Part shown: positions 1 through 13,598 of the stretch, piece after piece
Layout: each line of letters begins with the position of its first letter
Numbering within the stretch: the first letter of the stretch is position 1
Translations under genes and position numbers: made by a program
From: Callorhinchus milii
Lineage: Eukaryota
Length of the DNA stretch: 64,000 nt
Reading direction: 5' to 3'
Assembly (NCBI RefSeq): GCF_018977255.1
Contig: NW_024704742.1
Coordinates: 64,730,001-64,794,000 of the forward strand
The notes under the pieces: generated by a model
Seen by the model: only the letters and a program-made list of their open reading frames with translations
Databases searched by the model: none
What the model was told of the DNA's origin: nothing

Positions 1-1030
1 CAAATTGCGCACAGCGGTGTTCCACAAACAGCCATTAAGTGAATGATCAATTTTATTTTGTGAATTGTTGGCCAAGGCAGCAATAGCCTCTCTATAATAG
101 GCAAAGTGCCGTAAAGTAAATTGGCTGTGTATTTTGCGTGCGAAACGCGGCAGCCAATTGCACACAACAGTGTCCCAGAAACAGTCGTGGATTAAGTGAC
201 CAAATCTATATTTTTTTTAGAGACTATTAGCCTCAGAGAGCAATCCACCAATCGACTAACAACCAGATTCCTACTTAATGCTAGGTAAACAGAGGCGTAT
301 GGAGTAAGGAAATGTGCATACGGTTTTGCCCAGAATCAAACCTGGGTCCTCTCGCTTGCAAGGCTAGTGCTCTAACCATTACTCTACAGGACCCCACATA
401 CAGTCCAATTCAGTCATGAAAAATGGAGAGATACTAAGACCTTCGGCAGGCTTGGATATGTGAAGTCCTGAAGCTTCGATTCCAGGGCAGTGGAAAACGG
501 TAGACAAGTTTCCTTACTCCACATGCCTCTGTTTATTTAGCAGTAAGTAGGAACCCAGTTGTTCGTCGATCGGTACATTGCTTTTCCAGGGGTAATAATC
601 TCTTCAAATATATGTATATAATATACACCCAATCTCTGCTGCCACAACTATGATTTACTGCTCACATAGCTGCTTGCAAAGCAATAATAATAATCCTTGC
701 ATTTGATATAGCACCTTATCACGTATTCAAGACACCTCAAAGTGCTTCGCAGAATATACTGTAAGGTGAATTGACTGTATATGTTGTGGGCGAAAGGTGG
801 CAGTAAATTGCGCACAGCAGTGTCCCACAAGCAGTCGTGGATTAAGTAACCAAATTATTATTATTTGTTTAGTTTTTTTTTAAACAGTATTATTACCCTG
901 GAAAAGTGATCCGCCAACTGGGTTCTTACTTACTGCTCGGTAAACAGAGGCATGTGGAGTGAGGAGACTTACTAACATTTTGACCCGCCCGGGAATCAAA
1001 CCCGGATCCTCTCGCTTGCAAGGCGAATGC
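1..1030 (-). mobile_element. Cluster of long-subfamily tRNA-Ala SINEs (about 1-395 and 682-1030 minus; plus-strand fragment about 480-600)
   Basis: Same head, core and tail, plus an extra segment CCTCTGTTTACCTAGCAGTAAGTAGGAACCC...GTCGATTGG. Confidence 0.85.
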
Positions 1031-2555
1031 TCTAACCAATACGCTACATTGCAAAATAAGAGCAAATTGTGGATAACCAACCCAATGCTCAGATTTTAAA
1101 CCTACTCTCTAGGCCACGCAAACCTGGAAGATGCCAGGTTCAATCCCACTCTGTGCTACTTAAATCTCAGCACAATTGGCCTCAGCACTTCAGGCTAGGA
1201 AAGGAAAAATAAAATTTGCTACAGTTCTTGCTCATAATCCTGAACCAACGAGTGCCAAAGCAAACTGCCCAAGTCCAGAGATCAGGCAAGTACAGATCTA
1301 GCGTGATCAGTCACTCCCTCTGCCGGCTTCATGTCCTCCGCCTGATCCACCTATGTGTTGGTGCGCAAGCTTTCAGCATTCTGCCTCCACTCTATAACTC
1401 TAGAGTCCCTCCAACTTGCCCACTTCTAAAGTTCACCTACAGAACTATCTTTTTAACCTCACTTTCGGTCATATTCACCCCCCTCCCCAGCCCAACAACC
1501 CAATACTCAGCTACTCCATCCCAGCTCGAGTGCCCAGTCAGCTGTTTGAACATAGGAACAGAAGTAGGCCATTCAACCCTCAAACCTGTTCTGCCATCAT
1601 GGCTGATCTCTACCTCAACTCCAAATACCCATTTTATTCCATATCGCTTGATACCTTTACCTTACAAAAATGTATCCACCTCAGGCTTGAAAATTTGAAT
1701 TGATTCCGTGAAGCTCATTGAGATGTCTGCCGAGAAAGCTGCTATATAAATGTAAATTGTTGCTGTCGACAAATTCAACCCAGTCTTGCTTATACAGACC
1801 CTCTCGCCCACACAATACACAGATACTTGGGCAAGGTACTGATGTTCAGACAGCCACCAGGAACCTTAGAAAACCCCAGCAAAAGTTGGTGCCATGAGGA
1901 AAGAAGCAAGAGAATTGGGACAAGGATTTTTCTCTGAATAAAAACATAAAACTGGTTATTTAACACAGCGAATCATACACATAAAACACATTTGCTGAAT
2001 AATGAGATTTTATCAATTTTACTCCTAAAGTTTGCAATAGATTAGTTCAGCTCATCATAACATTGTGACATCCTTGGTATTTCAGACCCACAGATGTATG
2101 CAACAAGCTCAACAACAACCCTTACACTTATCAGCTGAATTAACGGAAGTTTACAGACATAATTGCAGTTACACCATCATAATGTTGGGATGGTAATCAG
2201 TCTCTTTACAAGGAGAGATACATTAAGCTTCCTGAAATCTGCAAATTACTCATTAGAATCCGCAGGTAGATTTCTTCCAGCAGTTACAAGGGTCAATTAT
2301 AATCCCGGGGGGTGGGGGGAGAGAAAGAGAAACAGAAGACAGAAACAAATGATAACTGTATTCAGAAAATAGGATCGAGCAACGAAAATGTAATTTGTCT
2401 TTTCCAGTTATGTAGATTCTTATATGCACGTTCCAGGCAGCTATGGACAACTGAACCACAAGCTTCCTTCTGCCAGTTGCGGCCCTACACATTCCAAAAG
2501 CGGCACCACACTGGAGGTATATTTTTCCACCCAATTTTACCCAACCAGGACACCT

Positions 2556-2845
2556 CGCCGCGCACGCACGCCCTTCCTGCCACACGTACACCCCCCCACC
2601 GCATGCACAGCCCCCCCCACGCACCCCCCTCTGCCACGCACTCACCCCCCCCACCACACGCATAGCCCCCCCACGCACGCAAACTCCCACCGCGCGTGCA
2701 CCCACCCCCGCCGTACGCTCACACCCCCACGCATAGCCCCCCCCACGCACCCACCCAAGCACGCACACACACGCCCCCCGCCACGCACGCGCACACCCCT
2801 CGTTGCGTGCATGCCACACGCACGGGCTCGACACACACACATACA
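2556..2845. repeat. C/A-rich low-complexity repeat (CGCACC/CACG units)
   Basis: Read directly; explains the Pro/His/Gly-rich ORFs here. Confidence 0.85.
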
Positions 2846-5274
2846 CCGGATGTCACACAAAACTTTTAAATGATATTGCGATTGCATCAATGTCAACATC
2901 CACTGATGCTGAGCTGCCAAATTTCAGTTGAGCTCCAACCATGTCAATAACGGCCAGTTTAAAATTGCGACACAACAAACTTCGTTGACTGCAGACGCCC
3001 AACAACCAGTCGTTTTTTTTGCAAATATCTACTCTATTGCCCTAGTTTGGTCATCTTAAAGTACATTTCTGGCATTTTGACACAAATCTCGGCAGATCCA
3101 TCAAACTACTAAAATAGAGCTTATTTAGAGAATTCCTCATTTCCCTGTTGCTTGAAGAAAATTGGCAGGAGTTAAAAAGAAACACTGGTCTAGTTTATTA
3201 CACTGCACTTTCACCACTAAGATCCGTTTCTGGTGAGTATTCATTGTCCAAGCTTCCCTTAAACCAACAACAACTTGTGTTTACGTAGTACCCTTCATGT
3301 AGGATAATATCTCAGAACATTTTATAGTGATGGTCAGACACAGTCAAGGGAGAAGTTGAGGTGACCCTTGGTGCTATCAAATAGTTAGGTTTTAATGTGG
3401 GATTTAAAGCCGGGTAGAGGAGACAAGACGGGTGGAAAGAGGGAGGGAGTTCAAAGATCAGGGGCGGAACAACTGAAAGCTCAGCCCTCAATGTTGCCAG
3501 AGCGATCAGAGGAAGATCTGGAAACCCGAGTCAGCTGAGCAGATGGAGGATTTGGACTTTTGAGGAAGGAGTACATTAGAAAGTTGGGGAAAGAAGTTCA
3601 GGGAGCCAGTGGAGGTTTGCGATGACTGGTTTGCAAACGGCTGCTTTACAGGTCATCAGACCTCACTGATGCACCCTGTCCATGTGTGCTGTGTGCAAGC
3701 AATGCCTCCAATGACACTTTTGTAGCATAGCATACATGCACAGCAGCAGGAAGTGCCATCACTGGTGACCCTTAACCCAGATGTCTGTCATTTCTTAGCA
3801 CTAGAAGCCAGGTGCATTGCGCTTTCTGGTGCAGCGTGGATCCACAGTAGACCCTTGCTCTTAGACAGGAGTCTCCAAACAGTTCATTCACTGCTAGGTA
3901 GCACTCTCCCGTGTGATCAAAAAGACAAGGAGCGATAGAATTGCATAAATATTTAGACCAACTGAAAATGAAACCAGAATACAAAGTATTTAATGCATCC
4001 CAAAATAAAATATAATTTTTTTTGTTTAAACTGAAGAAAAAATTGTTCCTTCTTTTCATTTTTAATCGAGCATGTGCGAGATGCCACCTCGTGGCGATCA
4101 ACTGGTTGGAAACCCCTGGTCGGTGTAAGAGAACCCATGCTCAACAGAGAGCGTTCCAACAGAGCTGCTCCCACAGTTGGCATCAGCAACACATATTACG
4201 ATATCTTTTACTTAGGAAAAGAAAATAAGACAGTCTCACTTGTAAGGCCATAAGAATAAAACAGATGGTGTGCATCAATAACGACCCTGGTTTGTGCTGC
4301 ATTAGAAAGTGTGCGGGTGTGGAAGTTGGGCGAGGACAGAATTAGGCCAGATTATGATGGCCAAATATTCAACCAGCAATCACGGTCTTGGCTCAATCCT
4401 GGGGAATGGTCACTCGGCAAGATGAAGGTGGCAGGAAATGTACCAAGTCAGGAGAAATATTGGGGAATGGGCAGACATCAAGGGCCTAAATCAATATAAT
4501 TTACAAGTTGTATGACAGTAAATTGGACAGACACATGGACCACACAAAAGAGCTCTTAGACAAGAACACCAACACGGTGGCCTTCGGCTGAATGTTTAGA
4601 GTAGGCTATTCTTGGGACACTTCAGTGATGTCTGCCTGTAAACTCTGTCAGATCAAGATCCCTTTAATAATCTGAAGGGATGGTGACTGCCAACAAATGC
4701 AAGAATTATTATTATTATTTGCCTCTGTACTTTGGACAAATAGAGCTGTTGTAATTTGCTGCACACCTTTTACCACCACTCTGGTTACCTGGGTTTCTTT
4801 TTGTACCCCTCTACGCTGTCTTATCTCCCTGAAAACTATAAAATGAAACAAATTTTAAAAAAACTAAGGGAATTGTTGGCATGGTTAGTCGTGGACTTGC
4901 CAATGCTCCTAATAAATCAAATCCCAAACCAAAACTCTGACCAACATTATTAGATTACTTAAGACTGAATAGAACAGAATGCCTGCTTTGTTGAACTGTC
5001 AACACAGTGACCTGAACCCATTGCTGTCCTACAAGTTGAACAAATTGGGAGGAGATGCAGTCCTACAAAAACAGCACTTAACCCATTTTGCAGAGGACTA
5101 CAAAATTCCAACAACAATTTTTAGTTTCCAATCGTGCAGAATTTTCTGAAGTAAAATGTGAACATTTAATGAAAATACAGACCATATTTAGTAACAAATC
5201 ATCAACAACAACTAGCATTTATATAGCGCCCTTCAAATGGGGTAGCATCTCGGACCACTGAAACAGTTTCAGAT

Positions 5275-5625
5275 AATAATAATAATACTTGCATTTGATA
5301 TAGCACTTTATCACGTCTTTGAGACATCTCAAGGCAGAATATATTGTAAAGTGGATTGGCTGGGTATTTTTGTGGCCGAAATGTGGCAGCCAATTGGGTA
5401 CAACAGGATCCAAATAGTCGTGGATTGATTTTTTTTGCAGGGGTAGGGGGAGGGATTATTACCCAAGGAAAGTGATCCGCCAATCGACTAACAGCGGATT
5501 CCTACTTACTGCTAGTAAACAGAGGCATGCGGAGTAAGGAAATTTGTCTAAGGGTTCACCCAGGAATCTAACCTGGGTCCTCTAGCTTGTAAGGGCAGCT
5601 TGCTAATCACTATGCTACGAGACTG
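5275..5625 (-). mobile_element. tRNA-Ala SINE, long subfamily
   Basis: Full head-to-tail similarity to the other copies. Confidence 0.85.
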
Positions 5626-5919
5626 CACTGATGGGGCTACAATATCGATCCATCCAGCCTAGCCATCATATTTTCCAAAAGATTCCTTCAGTGCCTTTAT
5701 CTCTAAATCTAGTAAAACTTAAATCCTTAAAACGTCTGAAACTTTGGTAAATTGGAAGCTTGGCTGCAATATTAATAATCCTTGCATTTGATATAGCACC
5801 TTATCACATCGTTGAGATGTCTCAAAGTGCTTCGTAGAATATATTGCAAAGTGTAGTGAATATGTATTTTGTTGCCAAATCAAATCAATTCCCTCAAGTG
5901 GCCTCATAACAATCGAGTC

Positions 5920-6195
5920 AGTGACTAGAGGGCAACAATATAAGATAGTGGCAAAAGAGCAAATGGAGACGTTAGGAGAATTTTTTTCATGCACAGAGTA
6001 GTTAGGATATGAAACACCCTGCTGAAAGTGGTGGTTGAGGCAATATTCACATTTGCTTTCAAAAGGGAACTAGATAAATATCTAAAAGCATATGGGGAAA
6101 GGGTAGGTACGTGGGACTGAAAGGATTGCAGTGAGAGCTGACCGGCACAGACAGGGTGGGTTGAATGGTCTTCTATGTTGTAAATTTCTATGGTT
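5920..6195 (+). mobile_element. CR1 LINE 3' end; further CR1 pieces near 1545-1700(-), 14590-14702, 24158-24348, 30262-30400(-), 37300-37560(-), 48520-48675, 49340-49690, 50940-51230
   Basis: TRG..YK, FF..RVV..WN.L and FKRELDKYL remnants with a CR1 terminal motif; KFNTDKCKVLHIG at about 14594. Confidence 0.75.
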
Positions 6196-7468
6196 CAGTG
6201 TGAACTCAGTGCCAAAGCTCACACACGAACAATGGTCACTTGGGCTGGGAACTGCACTCAGAACATGGATACTGGGGACCACCTCCTGTGTGTACCGCTA
6301 AATCACACGTTTGTCTGAAAAGTCCCCTCTTCCAAAAAAGGTTCGAAAATACGACAATCACAGAGTATCTGACAAACAATCTAGTGTAAAGGAAATGTTT
6401 TCTGAGTTATGTGTAACCTAGGAAAGTCTGAACTACAATAAAAGAAGTGCTTAGTATTTTTCACCCTTATAGCAAAAGGTCATTTCGGTTTAGCTTCAAG
6501 TCTAAAAAGTCTCGGGAGTAAAAAATGAAAAATGTCAGAAAGCTGCCGCCAAAATACCTTTTCCAATAACGAAGTGTGTAAACAAAGTGTGGGAAAACTT
6601 GCCAGACAATGGTAAGTTACGCAGATTTAGCTGGTTACATTCCAGCAGTAGCCCAACGAACACTCTGGGATCGCTAAGTTTTGGCTCTTGCCAACCTGCG
6701 TCTAATCCTATCCGGAACTAGGTAAGCAGGATACAGCCCTGGGGGAGAGTGTGCTTTCCATTCCAACAATCTATCTCTGGGATTTCCATGTGTAGGTGTA
6801 ATTCTCAGCTTTGTTTGGATTCCTTTAATCATGGTGATGGGTTTCCACATGTGTCAGACACCCGGCTGACCGAAAGAAACAAGGAAAATCAAGGAAATAA
6901 TAAAATTGGGAAAAAGGTTCAAGGCTGGTAGTTGTGTAAATTGACTTCCAGAGAACAATTAACAGGCACTGTAATCTATCCTTTCTTTACCCCAGTGCAG
7001 TGACTCCTAAAGCTTCAGATTTATGCAAAACCAGAAAGCTTGCAAAAAAATCCTTCACGTAAAGAGAAACGGTGAGTACAGATATCATTCACAACACTGA
7101 TCAACAGGTGTAAAAAGAAATCAGACATGCGAATATAGATTTCTTTAAATAAACCGCATAAATGTATTTTTTTCATTTAAAGATTAAACATTCTTTTGAA
7201 TGTGCGCTTTCCGCTAACAATCAGCATACCAGATGCAGCCTGGTAGGTAACATAAAAAGTTTTCATTTAACTCTTACCTTACCTCTGCAAGCTCTAGCAA
7301 CCTTATGCTCAGAGCTCTCCCCCCTGCTCAGCGCGCACCAGCTCGCCGCATGTCCTGCACCTGATCTGCTCCATCATCAGTGGTCGAGCTTTCAGCCATG
7401 CTGCTTTAAGACTCCATCCCAGAGTCCCTCTGTCCTGCCCCTTCCTCCTCATCTTTAAGGCCCACCAT

Positions 7469-7787
7469 GGAGTCCTGTAGCTCAGTGGTTAGAGCACTCG
7501 CTTTGCAAGCGAGAGACCTAAGTTCAATTCCAGGAAGAGGGCGAAACCTTGGGCAAGTTTCCTTACTCCACACACCTAATAATAATCCCTCCAAAACCAA
7601 AACCAATAATAAATTAGTCATTTTCAATCTACGACTGTTTGTGGGACATTGCTGTGCGCAATTGGCTGCCGCGTTCACCCACAAATATACAGTCAATTCA
7701 CTTTACAGTGTGTTCTGTGAAGCGCTTTGGGACGTCCTCCCGACGTAAAAAGCGCTATATCAAATGCAAGGATTATTATTATTATTA
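7469..7787 (+). mobile_element. Full-length young tRNA-Ala-derived SINE (short subfamily) with Deu-like core and L2-derived tail, inserted in an L2 fragment
   Basis: Head GGAGTCCTGTAGCTCAGTGGTTAGAGC (A box), CTCGC-TTTGCAA-GCGAG anticodon arm, GTTCAATTCC B box; core GCTGTGCGCAATTGGCTGCCGCG; tail GCGCTATATCAAATGCAAGG(ATT)n. Confidence 0.9.
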
Positions 7788-8059
7788 TCAGACTTGTCTT
7801 TTCAACTGTGCTTTTGGACACCTTTCACACCCCCAACCCCAGCTTCCACAGCTCCCCACACTCCCAGTCAGCTCTGTGAAGCACCTTGAGACATCTCCCT
7901 GACACGAAAGGCATTTAATAAATTGAAATGTAATAACAACAGTGGTTTACATTTACAACCCAATGATTCTTTTTGCAAATCACATGGAGGACAATAATGC
8001 ATCTGATAATGCGTCACAACAAAGAGTCTGACAGGTCAAACTGGAAAAGCGGACAGAAA

Positions 8060-8182
8060 GTTTCAGTGAAACACGAAATGTTGACTCACTTTCCTTTCTC
8101 CATAGATGCTGCCTGACCTGCTGAGTGTTCCCAGCAACTTCTGTTTTTGTTTCAGATTTCCAGCATCTGCAGTATTTTGTGT
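8060..8182 (+). mobile_element. Fragment of a common chondrichthyan repeat, possibly Penelope-like; short minus-strand piece at about 35360-35400
   Basis: AGATGCTGCCTGACCTGCTGAG...TTTCAGATTTCCAGCATCTGCAGTATTTTG; classification from memory only. Confidence 0.45.
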
Positions 8183-11100
8183 TAAACTTGCATTTATATA
8201 TAGCCTCTCATGCAGGGTTGCTTCCCAGAGCACCTTCATTATTTACCATAATCTAGATTAATTGCACAGACTTTTGCATCATATTATTATGGGTGGCAAA
8301 CAAACATGACCATGACTTGTTAGTTAAAGTAGTAAGGCAGAATGAAGCCATTGGAAAGAGATTCTTTGCCAGGGTCAAGAAGACTGGGGAGAAGAAATGT
8401 GCTCTTCAGATAGCTGGCTATTGGACGAATGCAACAGAGGAAGAGTGGCCAAAGTGGAGATGATTTGCAGAAACGTTGAGAAAATTTAGGCAAGGGATCG
8501 GAAGGAATGACTCGTCGGGACTTTTGAGCTCATAGGCCGATGCTCCAATGCAGTGCTGGAGGTGTGTTTGAGGTTCTCAAGACCCTCCTCTTCGACCATG
8601 CCTTCGGCCACTCTTCTACCCCTACCATCCTTGTCCTCCACCCCCCCACCCATCCCAACTCCCTGCTCTGGTCCAAATCCCTGACTGTTCAGTGTCTTGG
8701 GACGTCCTCCCAATGTGAAAGGCACTATACAAATGCAATTTGTTGTGTGCTGTATTGTTGAAGGTACTGTCCTTCAGATGAGATGTTATACTGCCTGTCT
8801 GTTCAGGTGGACATTAAAGATGGCATTATTTGAAAAAACAAGTTTCTCCCAGTATGCTGGTCAATGATCCCCCAGATAATACTGATCATTCGCTCCCTGG
8901 GTCTGTTTGTGGGTCTTTGCTGTGCGCAAATTTGCTGTTGCGTTCGCCTACAGAATACACAAGTCACTAGAATTTATACTATATTCTGTGAAACAGTTTG
9001 AGACTTCATCCTGAAGTGTGAGACGTTATATCAAATATAGATATTATTGTGCTCTGGAAGGGCATGAAGAGAACAGTTCTCAATAAGGTTACATTTAACA
9101 GCTCAGCGAGTGAATTTAACGATACAACAAATAGAGCTGTCTTGGGACACCTCAGACAGACACCTTGTATGAATTGTTACGAGAAACGGAAAATCAGATA
9201 AACTGTTGCTTACAGTTATTAGCATTGAGGATGTAGTACCAGAACAGAAACACCCAACGCTTTGAAACTTAAGTCCAAATTAGACTATCGTTGAGACATT
9301 TTCAAACCAATACATCCTGTCACACGAAGAAATGAAACATGAGCCCTACTACTAAGATCTCATCACAAACCATTGCAAACCACTTCCTTTTCTTTTGACG
9401 AAAAGAATTTCTACTTTAAACTTAATATTTGATCAAATACAGGATTAGGGGAGAAAGCAATAAGACAAAAGGAAGTGAGATCCACAATAGTAAACAAAGC
9501 TGTACATTTGTTAAGCATTCCTATTCGTAAGGAAAGCTATTGCTGGCTTGCTCCAAGCAGTCAGGAGTCACGGGTGGCTGGTTTTGGGTGTCTGTATCTA
9601 ACAGTCCAACTTCAAGTGTGCCAGTGGGGAAACCACAATCCAATTCCTGGCGCTGAGTATCAATGAGAAACTCAAAATGAAATTTCGCACCTCGCTCGTG
9701 ATCTTTAACACACTGTTCTGCAAAGCCTTTCAGCTAAACTGTCTCCACGGGCCAACTGCCGACTCCTGATCCCATGTTCCTCAGGGATGCAAGAACTGGC
9801 AGAATACAATACAGCCCTGTGTTTGGGGCATGTGAATTACTTCATTTGATATAAAATTGCTGGCAATATAACTGATGGATGGTATTTGGCCAAAGTGGGT
9901 AGGACGATAATAATAATAATCCTTACTTTTGGTAGAGCACGTTTCACTTCAGGAGGGCTGTATTGTATTCTGCCAGTTCTTGCATCCCTGACGAACATGG
10001 GATCAGGAGTCGGTATTTGGCCCATGGAGACAGTTTAGCTGAAAGGCTTTGCAGACATCTCAAAACATTTTACAGGATATACTGTGACTGTGTGTTTTTG
10101 TGGGTGAACATACCAGACAATTTGCGTACAGCAATGCCCCATAAACAGCCATTAAGCTCCCAACTAATTTTATTTTGGAGGTTTGGAGGCCAAGACACCA
10201 GGAGAAACTCCCTTCTCTTTTCAAATAGTGCCATGGATTCTTTAACTTCCACCTGAACAGACAGACAGAACCTGAGTTTTAATATCTCATCTGAAGACTG
10301 ACACATCTGGCAATGAGTGTCATCTTAGATTCAATGGTTCCAACTCCAGACATAGAACTTGAACCCATAATCTTCCGACTCAGAGGCGAGAGTTGTGGCA
10401 ATGCTCTCTTACGTTTCATGCTGAGCTGTGCTTTCCAAATCCTCTGGGACACTACCCTGCATGAGGGGCGCTATATAAATGCAAGTTGTTGTTGTTTCCG
10501 CCAGGAAGCTCGCAGGGACTTCCTTCCTATATTACCTTATGGAAGATAAGCAAAAACTCCTTGGAGCTCAATTGGCAACATTAAGTCCAAATCTGCTACT
10601 GACTCTGCAAACCAAAGCCCTAAACAGGTAATAGCAGCAGGAGAGCATGCCAGACAGTGCTCTGAATGACAAGTTATGCAAGTTCTGCTGATTCAACACT
10701 AGCAGTTCATCCAATGCGCATCTGGGGTCCCCAGGCCTTGGCTGTCGCCAACCTGTGCTGAATACTCTCTGGCATTAGTTAAGCAGGATGCGTTCCTCCA
10801 GGGAGAGAGTACGCATTCTATTCCAGGACCAGGAAATTCCCACGTGTAGGTGGCAAACCCATGTGGTACTCTTGGCCTGTTTTCGATACTCTTAAACCTG
10901 GTAATGGGTTTCTGCATGTGTCAAGACACCGGACTGACCAAAAGAGTCCTTTAGAAATATGTGTTTATGAGACAACATTATGGAACCCACAATATACATG
11001 AATGTTAAGCGCTCCTAAAAAAGGAAAACAATTAGTGTTTTATTAGCCCCTCCTCCGATTGAAAAAGGTTTTGTTGGTTTACTTTGGTAAAAATGTGCAT

Positions 11101-13598
11101 AAAGAGAACCAGTAAACATCTGCAACTAGTGATCGACAGAAAATAAGGGACTGAGTGGTGTTGACCATGTAATTCACTGACACTGTAGGCATGAGTTACG
11201 TCAGCAGTAACACGAGCGGTTTATTTTTGGTAAACCTGATCCTGCTCTCTTCCCTCTCCCCTCCACCAACTTCCTCTGTGTACTGTTTACTCAGGCAGTT
11301 AGGGTTAAAATTAAACCATCCAAAACAGATGGATTATTTTTCTTTACCTTGAGTTTTTGAATGATTTGAGACAAACATACAAGCTTTGACGTAGTTATGA
11401 GTAATAGACACACCATATACACACACGCACCACTCACAACCCAAAGAAAAATGAAAGCCTTTTTTGTAAAAGAAAATTAATTGAAAGGAATGTTCAATCA
11501 AGCAGAACATTTCAGAAGAGGTACACAATGTTCAAAAACTAAAGCATAAACAAGAAAAGCATTATTCAGCGCATCAAAATGCCTCGTCTTCAGACTATAG
11601 ATGCGTGCTATTGATTCCATTACACTTGTTATTTTCTGAGACAAACTTACACCTACAAAATATGAAGAGGAAAGATATTCAAGTGAAGCGAGCTTGGGAA
11701 GTGCGATAAGATCAGGTGTCTCAAGTGGAAAAAAAGAATGAATACGGAGGAGGTTACCCTCCTACCCTCACCCTCCCTGCCCTCCAATCCTCCTAATCCC
11801 AACCCCTAGCTGGGGTCCAAATCCCTGATAGTCCAGCACCTTGGGATGTCCTCTCGACATGAAAGTAACTATACAAATGTAATTTGTTGTTGCTGATTTG
11901 TTGAATGCTCAGTTTCCACACTGCAACATTCCATGTTTCTAGGGTTGAGCAGAGATTCTCTTGCACACTTCTCTCTGAATACCTCAAACAGCCTCTTCCA
12001 ACTCTGCATATGGAGCAAACAAACTCTAGAACATTTTAGAAAGCCTTCATTTCTATAGCACCAATTTGCACATTCTGCCTTCCAGGCATTGGGCTCTTTC
12101 TTTTCAATATATGATAATGTTGCAGACTTTTTCTAAAGCTTTTTTTTCTCAGCATTAAAAACTTCAATTCCCTCCAATTTGATTGTCTCTGTCCACATGG
12201 TATGTAAAGCCATAATCTCTTTCCCAAAGATTTAGGTGTTCAATCAATTATTCCTTTCTGCATTTTGCTGCTCAGGAATTGGCAGGACTGTTAGATAGAA
12301 CAGAAATCATCAACCGTGGCAATTAACAAACACACAACAGTCCAGGTAAGAAGTCATAATGATCAATAAAGCAAGGGGTGGGAAAGGGAGAAGGAAACTA
12401 AATGAATGACTAATAGTCAACACCAGAGCACCAACTGTTGACAATTTAGCCAATGTGTGCAAATGTTAACATTACAGGTTAATGATAATAATCCTTGCAT
12501 TTGATATAGCGCCTTATCACGTGTTCGAAACATCTCAAAGTGCTTCACAGGGTATACTATAAAGTGAATTGACTGTATATTTGGTGGGCCTTCCTCTTTG
12601 ACCATGAGTAAGGAAGAGTCAGAAGGTTTCTCTCAGTGTCCTGGCCAACAATCCCCCTATTAAAATGGGCTGTTTGGGGTACATTGCTGCGTGCAAACTA
12701 GCTGCAGGCTTCGCCTACATAATATAGTCACTCCACTTCAATGGTGACGCTGTACCTGGTCTGGGCCCTTTGATGATATCCTCAGCCTGGGCTCAGGTGG
12801 TAACACTTTTACCTCAAAGTTAAAAGGTTATGGGTTTAAGCCCCATGTTAGAACTTTGAGCTCACAGTCAAGGCTGACATTCCAGTGTCAGCTTGACATA
12901 AACATCTTACTGTAAATCCTGGGGGGAGGGGGTAGCATTGCATTGTCATGTGCAATCTTTTGGATGCGAAGTCAGAACTGTTCCATCTAAGGGAGTAATT
13001 CAAAACAGATCCAGTGTCCGCACCCTCTGGTATGAAAACATTCCACGTTTCCCCATTTGCCATTTGCTTAGTTTTAAGGCTTCTCTCTTCACTACAGGAA
13101 GATGAGGGAGGACTAGAGAAGATTTAGTGGGGTGGGAGAGCAGGCTCAGTGTAACTTTGCTCCGTGCAACTCTGCCCGATTGAGTTGCGGCCTAACATCA
13201 CATTATAAAAATTGTGGCCTTGCCATTTAAGACTGTCTGACTCTTTGCTTAACCTGGTCTTTCGCATTCGGCCAAGCGTGTGTGAGAGTGTGTCCACACA
13301 CTCACGCACACATAAAGAAAGCGAACAAAATCAAGACCGCGAATGTGAATGTTACGATCTGCCTTGGGGAAATGTTTTGCAAAATTTAGAAAAGTTCTTG
13401 CATGTTGCAGAACTTGAAAGTGAACCCACAATGACACTCAATACTTTCAGTGTAGCTACAGAAATATTCATCATGATCTTAACCACACCGTCCTAGGAAT
13501 TTTTAAAAATTAATATTAATTGAGGTTCATTTATCATGAAATCCCTTTATTTTTCTTCCCGTCATCTGCTCGCGTACTATGGTTGCAGACTCCCAGGA

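Noticed and set aside
2514..3034. Possible MITE bounded by GAGGTATATTTTTCC / GCAAATATCTACTC
   Set aside because: The terminal match is too weak and no TSD could be shown.
4789..4828. Possible small minus-strand exon (ttttcag...CAG|gtaacc) as GRK exon 3
   Set aside because: Only about 40 nt and no similarity to the expected DY.SLC.KQPIG.LFRQFC sequence.
7469..7545. tRNA-Ala(TGC)-like gene
   Set aside because: The acceptor and T stems are not intact and the sequence continues into a multi-copy SINE body.
8020..8090. Hammerhead ribozyme expected in Penelope-like repeats
   Set aside because: No intact CTGA-N-GA ... GAAA core with flanking stems is visible.
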